Assembly (NCBI GenBank): GCA_040260805.1
Contig: JBDQPD010000043.1
Location: forward strand, 1 to 25,951
Direction of reading: 5' to 3'
DNA from: Myxococcota bacterium
Lineage (GTDB): Bacteria > Myxococcota > UBA4151
Length of the DNA stretch: 25,951 nt
Part shown: piece by piece, positions 1-7,782 of the stretch
Layout of the letters: each line of letters begins with the position of its first letter
Position numbering within the stretch: the stretch's first letter is position 1
The notes under the pieces: model-generated
Seen by the model: only the letters and a program-made list of their open reading frames with translations
The model's database searches: none
What the model was told of the DNA's origin: nothing
Position numbers and translations under genes: made by a program

Positions 1-2110
1 CTTTCGACTCCTGGGCGTCACTTTTGATCCCAGACTGGTCATGGACACGGGTTGTGTGGAGGTCACTGGTCAAGCCCACAGCCGCTTGCTGCGGCTCACC
101 TAGGGCGTCCGTGACCTGCAAGCGAAGCAGCGCGTTCTCGCCGGGGCGATAGCTGTTTTTCTCAGGGGTAATCGCTACATTGAGGACTTTGCCGCCGTCC
201 ACGTGAACCAAGGTCAGCCCGGTGAAGACTGAGCCGTCAGCGCCGCGTTGTAAGGCGCGAATCTGCACACCGCCATGAAGCTCGGCCGGGAGCTGAAGCT
301 GAGCGCTGCCCGTTTCGCCTTCAAGCACCACGCTGCCGCTGGCGAGGACTTTGCCCTCGCGCAGGGCATCGACGATCACCTTGCCGAGTTGGCTTGAGGC
401 GATCTCGAGATCGAGCAGATCGCCCGATCGAGCGAAGCGCTTTTGCGGGGTGATCAAAATGCCTTCAACCAGGTTGCTGACACCCACCTGGGTGGTGTGC
501 GCTTGTTCGCCCAACACATCGACTTGGATCTGACCGGGCGTCTCCTGCGCCGGAACGCTGATCCGCGCTACACCCGAGGTGTTGCTGCGCGCCTCTTCGA
601 GGGTGCCATCGGGATAGGTAATGCGAAGGTCCGCCTCGATCGCCTGACCGCCTGGGTTGGTGACCAAAACCGTCGCTGGCTGTGCGATCTTTTTGAGCCA
701 GCGCCCGGCGCTGGGCTGAATCATCACACGGCTTGGTCCGCTGGCGACCGGCAAGGAGCGCTGGCTTTGCAGGCGCTGACCTGCAGTATCGACGGCGGTT
801 AAGGTCAAGCGGTAGCCGGCGCCGCCATTGGCGACGAGCGCAGCATCAAAGCTCCCTACATCGAGCTGGAAGTTGACTTGTCCGGCGCCGTTAGTGCGTC
901 CCTCGAAACGAGCGACGGTCGCTGCGGTGCCGTTGCGAACGGCGTCACCGAGCAGCTCGATCGTCGCCTGGGCGACCGGCTGGCCGAAGGGGTAGCGTAA
1001 GGTTAACGAGCCCCTCAACTGACCGGCTGGACTGAGCCAGGATTGCTCTAGGTCAAAGGTCACGAGCATCCGAGGTAGGCGATAATGCTCGACGACGACG
1101 GACTCTTCGGTCGCCGTCTCGCCGACGATCGTTCGGATTAGGTAGCTGCCCTCATTGACTCGCTTTGCGAGCTTGAAGTCGAGCGCAGCGACGCCGTATG
1201 CGTTGCTGGTTTTGGCTTCGCGGTGCACTCGGTTTTCAGCGCCATCAAAGATCTCAAAGACCACCGGCTGATTCGCCGCTGGTGTCCGGTCGCCCGCTTC
1301 CACCGCCAGCGCACGCAGGTGGATCGTTTGACCCGGCTGGTAGCGCGGCTTGTCGGTGGTGACTTGGATTCGGCGTGTGGTCACCAGTTCGACGGGTACG
1401 GTGAGCAGGGCTTTGCCGGATTCGCCGTTGGCGCTCAGGCTCAAGGTGGCAGGACCCTCAACCACGGCGCCAAAGCCTGCCTCGAGCTCCGCTAAGCCGG
1501 TGGCGTCGCTGGTCGCTTGACCCAGCGATTTGATCTCACCTTCGCCTTGCTGGATGCCAAAGTCGACGACGACGCCGGCAGCAATTTCGCCGCTGCTGGC
1601 GTCACGAACGAAGCTGCGAAAGACCGTGTCTCCGCCTAAAGCCAGCTGACGAGAGCCGACCGCATGAAGCGCTAAACGAGGCACCGCCGTAAACAGCGAG
1701 CGGCGCGCTCGAACTCGGTCATCGCCGGCGGTGACCACCGCCTCTACGACGTACTTAGCGAGATCGCCAAGGGTGCTGGCGTTCAAGCCCGAGAGTTTGG
1801 CGGATACCGTCGCCCCAGGCTGGTTGAGGGTGATCTCGACGGTCTCTTTCGCAACGGTCGTGTCGAGCTCGGCCGCCAGGTTGATCAGGCGCAGCTCCAC
1901 GACGGTGTCGCGTTTGCCTTCATCGAGTATGACCGGAACTTGCAGGGTCACTTCGCCCTCGGTGATCGTTGCCGTCATTCCTGTCTCTTCAAGAGCGAGT
2001 GGCCCTGAGCGCAGTTTGTCCGGAACCAAGCGGTCTGCTGAGGTCGGACTCTGACAACCGGTTCCAAGAACGCACGCTAGAGTGATGAGCAACGGTGAAT
2101 GACGAAGCAT
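1..2110 (-). CDS. Alpha-2-macroglobulin (MG2 domain) family lipoprotein, N-terminal ~700 aa, runs off the left edge
   Basis: Not in the ORF track because it has no stop in the window. I translated it by hand from ATG 2110, which is preceded by an AGGAGG RBS. It starts MLRHSPLLITLACVLGTGC (lipobox-like) and is open to position 1. A2M motifs: IQVTTDKPRYQPGQTIHLRAL (~1310-1370), SNAYGVAALDFKL, VEHYRLPRM, RYPFGQPV, ITPEKNSYRPGENALLRLQVTD. Confidence 0.9.
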   Translation of the reverse strand, partial: MLRHSPLLITLACVLGTGCQSPTSADRLVPDKLRSGPLALEETGMTATITEGEVTLQVPVILDEGKRDTVVELRLINLAAELDTTVAKETVEITLNQPGATVSAKLSGLNASTLGDLAKYVVEAVVTAGDDRVRARRSLFTAVPRLALHAVGSRQLALGGDTVFRSFVRDASSGEIAAGVVVDFGIQQGEGEIKSLGQATSDATGLAELEAGFGAVVEGPATLSLSANGESGKALLTVPVELVTTRRIQVTTDKPRYQPGQTIHLRALAVEAGDRTPAANQPVVFEIFDGAENRVHREAKTSNAYGVAALDFKLAKRVNEGSYLIRTIVGETATEESVVVEHYRLPRMLVTFDLEQSWLSPAGQLRGSLTLRYPFGQPVAQATIELLGDAVRNGTAATVARFEGRTNGAGQVNFQLDVGSFDAALVANGGAGYRLTLTAVDTAGQRLQSQRSLPVASGPSRVMIQPSAGRWLKKIAQPATVLVTNPGGQAIEADLRITYPDGTLEEARSNTSGVARISVPAQETPGQIQVDVLGEQAHTTQVGVSNLVEGILITPQKRFARSGDLLDLEIASSQLGKVIVDALREGKVLASGSVVLEGETGSAQLQLPAELHGGVQIRALQRGADGSVFTGLTLVHVDGGKVLNVAITPEKNSYRPGENALLRLQVTDALGEPQQAAVGLTSDLHTTRVHDQSGIKSDAQESK

Positions 2111-2304
2111 AGAGCCTCCTAGTCGAAAGATCGAACCTGAGTACAACACAACCTGTATACTAGACGATTATCGCGAGCGCGCAAACACCCGCTCGCGAGG
2201 GGCTGTAGGATTTTGAGGCCAGGCAAGCTCGTTGTTCGCGCCGCCGCTTGCGCTTGGCGTTTGAACTTTGTTTTGGCAGGACGTGCCTGAACGCGCTGAA
2301 GCAA

Positions 2305-2327
2305 CCTCAAAGTGAGTCATCTTGAGG
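2305..2327. promoter_or_regulatory. Imperfect 23-bp palindrome, candidate operator upstream of the acyl-CoA synthetase
   Basis: CCTCAA-AG-TGAGTCA-TC-TTGAGG. The outer arms and the inner TGA-G-TCA share centre 2316. It lies in the divergent intergenic region ~35 bp before GTG 2351. Confidence 0.35.
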
Positions 2328-2350
2328 CGTGCAGTGGGCGCACAAGCTAG

Positions 2351-4174
2351 GTGCATACCGTGAACCGTTCGACGCAAGGGAGCTGGATCCCCACAGCAGC
2401 TGAAGTAGCGAACACCCACTTGGGTCGTTTGATGGCTGAGCGCCAATGCGATTTTGAGGGCCTGCACGCCTATGCGTTTGACGAGCCAGAGTCTTATTGG
2501 AGCGCGGTGCTCGGAGAACTCCAGATTCAGTTTGAGACCGCTCCTCGGCGAATGCTCGAGACGCCCAAACGCTGGCTGCCCGGCGCTGAGCTCAATATTG
2601 CGCGCTCAGCCTTGGAGCGAGGTCAGCCGGAGGCGATTGCATTGGTCCGCGGCTTAGCCGATGGCTCGATCGAGCGCTGGGATCGGGCCGAGCTGCGCCA
2701 GCGGGTTCTGTGTGTGGCGGGGGGCTTGCGCGCTCAAGGTTTGGGACCGGGCGATGCGATCGCCATCGCCATGCCGATGACCGCCGAGTCGGTGGTGATC
2801 TATTTGGCGATTGTCTGGGTCGGAGCCGCCGTGGTCTCGATCGCCGATTCGTTCTCGGCAGATGAGATCCGAACTCGGCTTGAGATCAGCGAAGCGAAGT
2901 GGGTCTTTACCCAAGATAAGATCCTGCGCGGGAGCAAGTCGATTGCGCTTTATCCGCGCTTGGTTGAAGCCGGCGCTGCTTCGGTTGTGGTGTTACCCGC
3001 AGTCGAAGGCGAGCGCGCAGCTTTGCGTCCGCAAGATCATGCCTATCACGACTTTATTGACGGTTTTGAAGCCGCTGAATCGGCGCCTTCGATTGGCAGT
3101 ATTGAGCGGGTCTCAAACATCTTATTTTCGTCCGGGACTACGGGCACCCCCAAAGCGATCCCGTGGACTCAACTCACGCCGATTAAAGCTGCTGCAGATG
3201 CCTGGGCACATCATGATGTCCACGCGGGTGAGGTCGTGGTTTGGCCGACCAACTTGGGCTGGATGATGGGCCCTTGGTTGATCTACGCGAGCCTACTTAA
3301 TGGCGCCGCAATTGGCGTGTTTGAGGGCAGCCCTTTGGGGGCTGAGTTTGCTCGCTTTGTCGAGCGTGCCGAAGTCAGCATGCTCGGCGTGGTGCCGAGC
3401 TTGGTTAAGGCGTGGCGAGGTGCCGGAGCTCTCGATGGCTGCAATTGGCACGGGATCAGACGCTACAGCTCAACCGGTGAAGCGTCTCATCCCGCCGATA
3501 TGGAGTGGTTGATGGAGCAAGCTGGAGGTGCCCCGGTTCTGGAATACTGTGGCGGCACGGAGATCGGTGGCGGTTACCTTTGTGGGAGCATGGTTCAAGA
3601 GCAGCGAGCAGGTCAGTTTTCGACACCGATGCTCGGCTGTCGGATGTATCTGCTCGATGATCAGGGGAAGCCGGCTTCAGCCGGTGAAGTTGCTCTGGTT
3701 TCGCCTCAGTTTGGTGCCAGTCAGCGTCTGCTTAACGGCGATCATGAGACCGTCTATTTTGAGGGGATGCCACAAGGCCCACAGGGTGAAAAACTTCGTC
3801 GTCATGGCGACTATATGGAGCACATGGACAGCGGATTTTACCGAGCTCATGGGCGGGTCGATGACACCATGAACTTGGGCGGCATCAAGGTCTCGTCGGC
3901 GGAGATTGAGCGTGTCGTGAACCGGCTCGACGCGGTGGTTGAGAGCGCTGCGATCGCGGTCAGCCCAACGGACGGCGGACCGAGCGAATTGATCCTGGTA
4001 GTGGTCACTCAAGGGGCGACCGCCGAGCGCTTGCACCCGGAGATTGTTGGTGCGGTTCGCAGTCAGCTCAACCCCTTGTTTAAAGTCAGCCGAACGGTGG
4101 TGCGCGACGCCTTGCCCCGGACCGCATCGAATAAGGTCATGCGCCGAGTGCTCAGGGCCGAACTCGAGACCTAA
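2351..4174 (+). CDS. AMP-forming acyl/acetyl-CoA synthetase (AAE17/AAE18-like clade)
   Basis: P-loop ILFSSGTTGTPKAI, YCGGTEIGG, RRHGD, GRVDDTMNLGGIKVSSAEIE, and catalytic Lys motif LPRTASNKVMRR. The start codon is uncertain; an in-frame TAG lies immediately upstream of GTG 2351. Confidence 0.92.
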   Translation: MHTVNRSTQGSWIPTAAEVANTHLGRLMAERQCDFEGLHAYAFDEPESYWSAVLGELQIQFETAPRRMLETPKRWLPGAELNIARSALERGQPEAIALVRGLADGSIERWDRAELRQRVLCVAGGLRAQGLGPGDAIAIAMPMTAESVVIYLAIVWVGAAVVSIADSFSADEIRTRLEISEAKWVFTQDKILRGSKSIALYPRLVEAGAASVVVLPAVEGERAALRPQDHAYHDFIDGFEAAESAPSIGSIERVSNILFSSGTTGTPKAIPWTQLTPIKAAADAWAHHDVHAGEVVVWPTNLGWMMGPWLIYASLLNGAAIGVFEGSPLGAEFARFVERAEVSMLGVVPSLVKAWRGAGALDGCNWHGIRRYSSTGEASHPADMEWLMEQAGGAPVLEYCGGTEIGGGYLCGSMVQEQRAGQFSTPMLGCRMYLLDDQGKPASAGEVALVSPQFGASQRLLNGDHETVYFEGMPQGPQGEKLRRHGDYMEHMDSGFYRAHGRVDDTMNLGGIKVSSAEIERVVNRLDAVVESAAIAVSPTDGGPSELILVVVTQGATAERLHPEIVGAVRSQLNPLFKVSRTVVRDALPRTASNKVMRRVLRAELET

Positions 4175-4728
4175 GGAGTCGCCGGGGTCGGTTTGGGCGC
4201 TGAGTGTTTGCCCTCGTTGATCTCCATGATGATCCGGGCTTGGCCCACTCGTCCGCGCATGTACTCTATGAGGTGAAACACGGTTCGGTCCTTGAGCTGG
4301 TGGCGCATCGCCGGCGCCTTGCCATGTCCGTTCAGGATATCTTTGATCAACGACTCTGTGGAGTTGTTGAGTGGCTGGGGTGTCTCTTGATAGTTAGGAA
4401 CCCCTTCAATCCTGCCTTCGCCCGTTTCGCCGTGGCAGATGGCGCAGTTGCGCGTGAAGATGGACTGCAAATCGTTGCTGTTGGGGTCGGGTTTCATGCC
4501 TGGCGGCAGCGGCGGGGGGTGCAGTGGGGTTCCATCATCTAAAACAGGAACCGGCGGCCCCTTGGGTGGACCCTCAGCAGGGATCGGCGCGATGTCTACT
4601 TGACTGCTGACTGTGGCGGGGTCGAGAGACTCCGGCGCCGTTTGAGACGGCTCTTTGTCAACGATCGTCGGTTGGTGTTTTTCACAGGCAAGCATCAGCC
4701 CCATCGTGACAAAAACCAAGTTACGCAT
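4171..4728 (-). CDS. Monoheme class I cytochrome c lipoprotein with Pro-rich linker
   Basis: Lipobox LMLAC, Pro-rich spacer, heme motif IFTRNCAICHGETGEG, c6-like C-terminal helix, GGGAG RBS. Confidence 0.85.
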   Translation of the reverse strand: MRNLVFVTMGLMLACEKHQPTIVDKEPSQTAPESLDPATVSSQVDIAPIPAEGPPKGPPVPVLDDGTPLHPPPLPPGMKPDPNSNDLQSIFTRNCAICHGETGEGRIEGVPNYQETPQPLNNSTESLIKDILNGHGKAPAMRHQLKDRTVFHLIEYMRGRVGQARIIMEINEGKHSAPKPTPATP

Positions 4729-4748
4729 AACACTTCTCCCGAGCGATT

Positions 4749-5525
4749 ATGACCAAAGACTACGACCCAGAACTCTATCATCTGCTCCATCGTGGCAACC
4801 CCGGTGATGCGGATTGGTACCAGCGGCGGTGCTTGGGTTCGCAGCGAATTTTAGAGTTAGGTTGCGGTGATGGGCGTGTTTTGCTCGGGCTAGCTCAGGC
4901 GGGTGTAGAGGTTTTTGGGATCGATTCATCGCAGTCGATGTTGGCTCGCTGCGCCGAACGGTTTCATCGCGCCGGACAGCGCGCCGAGTTGATTTGTGGA
5001 GACATGGCGATGTTCGCTTTGCCCTGGCGTTTTGACCGGATCATCATCCCATTTAACAGCTTATATTGTCTGACCACCGACGGTGAACAGTTGGCATGTT
5101 TGCGCAGCGCCCGAGCGCATCTAGCGCCGGGGGGTCAATTGCTTTTGGATGTCTACGCTGCAGACCCTGTCGCGGCCGACGAACACGAGCCGACAGGAGT
5201 CGAAGAGCACCTGATCGCTCAATTTCATGACGGGCAACGCCACATCGAGGTCTATGAAAAGAGTAATGAGGACTTAGCCGCACAACAGATCGATGCCACG
5301 TACAGCTATCATTCGACTTGGGATGACGGCCGCCGCAATATCGAGCAATGGTCTATTCTTCAGCGCTATCTTTTTCCGACCCAGTTAATCGCCTTACTCG
5401 GTCGGGCGGACCTTGCCCTTGAGGGCTTTTATGGCGACTTTAGTGAGGGCCCGTTTACCGACTCCAGCATGCACATGCTGGTGGTCGCTTCACGAGCCGA
5501 TGGAGACGAAGGATGGCACGCATGA
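4749..5525 (+). CDS. Class I SAM-dependent methyltransferase
   Basis: Motif I ILELGCGDGR, GIDSS, ICGDM, and post-II region HLAPGGQLLLDV. Confidence 0.9.
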   Translation: MTKDYDPELYHLLHRGNPGDADWYQRRCLGSQRILELGCGDGRVLLGLAQAGVEVFGIDSSQSMLARCAERFHRAGQRAELICGDMAMFALPWRFDRIIIPFNSLYCLTTDGEQLACLRSARAHLAPGGQLLLDVYAADPVAADEHEPTGVEEHLIAQFHDGQRHIEVYEKSNEDLAAQQIDATYSYHSTWDDGRRNIEQWSILQRYLFPTQLIALLGRADLALEGFYGDFSEGPFTDSSMHMLVVASRADGDEGWHA

Positions 5526-6370
5526 AACGCTTGGTATTGCTTTTAGCTGCTTTCGGGCTGGCGGCTTGTGTTCGATCGGTCCCGATCGTCGAAGCTCGCG
5601 AGCAGTTCGCGGAAGTTCACCAAGAGGCGAAAACCCGCGCCGCCGATGCGCTCAAGCAGGCGAAGCGCTCGGACCGGCTGGTGCGGCGGATGACCGAGTT
5701 GATGGACAACCGTCAGCGTGAGCCGCTCCCTGAGCTGCGCCGTTTATCGGCAGCGATGCAGGCCTCCGCTCAAAGCCTCAAGGCTCGGGCTCGAGCCATC
5801 CAGAAGGTGCGCACCCGTCTGGCTAAGCTCGGTCGAAACAGGACCGAGTTACGGGCCGGTGAGACGGGCTGGAAACTGTATCAAACCCTGCGCGCTGACT
5901 TGAGTCGCCTTGATGCCAACAGTAGGTCTGCTTATCGCAACTTCAGCGAGCAGCCCCAAGCCTTTGATGCCTTGTGCAAGACGCACAAGATAGGGCCGAT
6001 GGATACCAAGGGGTATGGTGACCGAATGGGCGCCAAAATTAAGGCTATGGATGGGTGGGTTAATGAGGCGACTGCGCGGCTTGAGCGGGTGGATTACCTG
6101 CTGAAAGAAGAGGGGATTAGCCCGGATGACCTTCGCGCTGTTCAGGCGGCGAGCGTGCAGCTTCAAGCGATGACCGATACCCGCGCGGAAGTCCGCAGAA
6201 CAGCGCTCCGGTTTCGTTTGGAAACCAAGCCGGGCGCCGAGGCGATCATCGCCCCGGGGATGGTCACCTATGATCTGTTTGAGCGGCTTGATCATCTCGG
6301 CGCTGACATCGAGGTGTCGGGCAAACGGATTAAGAAGCTCACTAAAGACCTGCCCGGTCAAGGAGACTAG
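5522..6370 (+). CDS. Helical/coiled-coil lipoprotein of unknown function
   Basis: MKRLVLLLAAFGLAAC signal and lipobox. ATG 5522 overlaps the upstream TGA (ATGA), so it is preferred to 5513. The body is Arg/Ala-rich and helical. Confidence 0.8.
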   Translation: MKRLVLLLAAFGLAACVRSVPIVEAREQFAEVHQEAKTRAADALKQAKRSDRLVRRMTELMDNRQREPLPELRRLSAAMQASAQSLKARARAIQKVRTRLAKLGRNRTELRAGETGWKLYQTLRADLSRLDANSRSAYRNFSEQPQAFDALCKTHKIGPMDTKGYGDRMGAKIKAMDGWVNEATARLERVDYLLKEEGISPDDLRAVQAASVQLQAMTDTRAEVRRTALRFRLETKPGAEAIIAPGMVTYDLFERLDHLGADIEVSGKRIKKLTKDLPGQGD

Positions 6371-6829
6371 ATGCTCGTCGACAACGCACCCAATCCAAAG
6401 TTTAATACGGCGCGCATCATCTGGCTCGCTTTGACCTTTTCGTTGATTCCTTACGTGGTCGTTGCGACCATGGTTGCTTCGCCTCAAGAAGAGCCGATGC
6501 CGCTGGTCTTCGCGCTGGCGATCGGTGGTATGGGGCTGTTTAATCTGGCGCTGAGCGTCGGCCTTCGGAAGTTTTTATCCCGATCCGAGGCTCTGCTGGC
6601 TTCAGGTAAGCCAGCAGGGGAGCTCGCTCAGGAGCGGTTTCCGTTGGAGATGGGTCATCTGATCATGACCTGGGCGCTTGCTGAATCGGCCGCCATCTTT
6701 GGCATGGTGCTCACCTTCATCTCTGGTGAGACCGTCTATACCTATGCGCTCAGTACCCTGACCATCGGCGTGATGCTGGTTTTTCATAAGCCGCGCCAGC
6801 TGACAGCGGACGACTTTCTCGACGTCTGA
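6371..6829 (+). CDS. Small integral membrane protein (~4 TM), unknown function
   Basis: Four hydrophobic segments including WALAESAAIFGMVL. The ATG directly abuts the upstream TAG. Confidence 0.8.
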   Translation: MLVDNAPNPKFNTARIIWLALTFSLIPYVVVATMVASPQEEPMPLVFALAIGGMGLFNLALSVGLRKFLSRSEALLASGKPAGELAQERFPLEMGHLIMTWALAESAAIFGMVLTFISGETVYTYALSTLTIGVMLVFHKPRQLTADDFLDV

Positions 6830-6866
6830 GGTGGAGAGTCGGTTCAGCTTGAGTTAGACTCGAGGC

Positions 6867-7529
6867 ATGAAGCTGACACTGGACGCTATTCCCGATCAGG
6901 TACTCAGCGAGCTGCCGCTGTTTCCTCTGCCGAACACCGTTTTGTTCCCGGGTATGATGTTGCCCTTGCAGGTCTTTGAGCCGCGCTACCTTGATTTGAT
7001 GAACCACTGCCTCGAGCATCACCGCGTCTTCGCTGTGCCCTTGCTCAAGCCCGGACATGAAGAGCATTACGATGGCAGACCGCCAGTGCACTCGATGGTC
7101 GGTGCCGGCGTGATCAGTGGGCACCGCCTGCTGGATGACGGCCGCATGACCGTGGTGCTTCATGGGGTTGAGCGGGTTCGGTTGATTGAGGAGTTGCCCG
7201 CTGGTCAGACCTTTCGCCTGGCTCGTGCCGAGCGGGTGATCGAAGAGCAGCGCGACGCAGATCTAGGCGATGAACTCGTGATTTTAAGCAACCTGCTCAG
7301 TCAGCTCGGTCAGGCTCGCCCCCAAGCGGCTCTCATCCTCTCGCAGATCGAAGAGGTCGCAGATGACATCCCTGAACTAATTGACCTTTTGGCTGCCTAT
7401 GTCATCGGTGATTTAGGGCTTCGCCAGGAGCTGCTCAGCGAGCTTAACGTACTGGCGCGGTTTGCCCGGCTCACTCAGATTGTTGCGGATATTGTCCTGC
7501 AAGTCAGCGCTGATGAGGTCCTGCACTGA
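6867..7529 (+). CDS. Stand-alone LON peptidase substrate-binding (Lon N-terminal) domain protein
   Basis: ELPLFPLPNTVLFPGMMLPLQVFEPRYLDL signature, C-terminal RQELLSELNVLARF helix, no AAA or protease domain. Confidence 0.9.
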   Translation: MKLTLDAIPDQVLSELPLFPLPNTVLFPGMMLPLQVFEPRYLDLMNHCLEHHRVFAVPLLKPGHEEHYDGRPPVHSMVGAGVISGHRLLDDGRMTVVLHGVERVRLIEELPAGQTFRLARAERVIEEQRDADLGDELVILSNLLSQLGQARPQAALILSQIEEVADDIPELIDLLAAYVIGDLGLRQELLSELNVLARFARLTQIVADIVLQVSADEVLH

Positions 7530-7535
7530 GCCAGG

Positions 7536-7727
7536 TCAGCTTCCGGAGCACGCGCCTTGGTACACAAGATAGGGAATGAGGAGGTACAAGATCGTGTCTC
7601 GGATGAGGTAAAATAGCACAAAGCCGACCACGAGTTTCCAGCCGTAGTGGTCGAACAAGCCCTTCCAGCCAGACTCTTTCCTGACCCGCTGCATGGTGGC
7701 GATTAAGCCTTGCTTTTCTTCGCTCAT
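7536..7727 (-). CDS. Small single-TM membrane protein (63 aa)
   Basis: GAGG RBS before ATG 7727. GWKGLFDHYGWKLVVGFVLFYLIRDTILYLLIPYLV resembles a small conserved hypothetical family I recall from Bdellovibrionota/Myxococcota. Confidence 0.75.
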   Translation of the reverse strand: MSEEKQGLIATMQRVRKESGWKGLFDHYGWKLVVGFVLFYLIRDTILYLLIPYLVYQGACSGS

Positions 7728-7782
7728 GCGACCTCTCTACGCGGCGTGTGCGCCGCATTCGTTGCGGACACCACATGGCATA

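Noticed and set aside
351..2054. Plus-strand ORFs 351-533, 443-802, 1223-1495, 1731-2054
   Set aside because: Antisense shadows of the long minus-strand macroglobulin gene; no motifs or RBS.
2119..2467. Minus-strand ORFs 2119-2310 and 2168-2467
   Set aside because: They span the divergent promoter region or overlap the synthetase start, and have no recognisable protein features.
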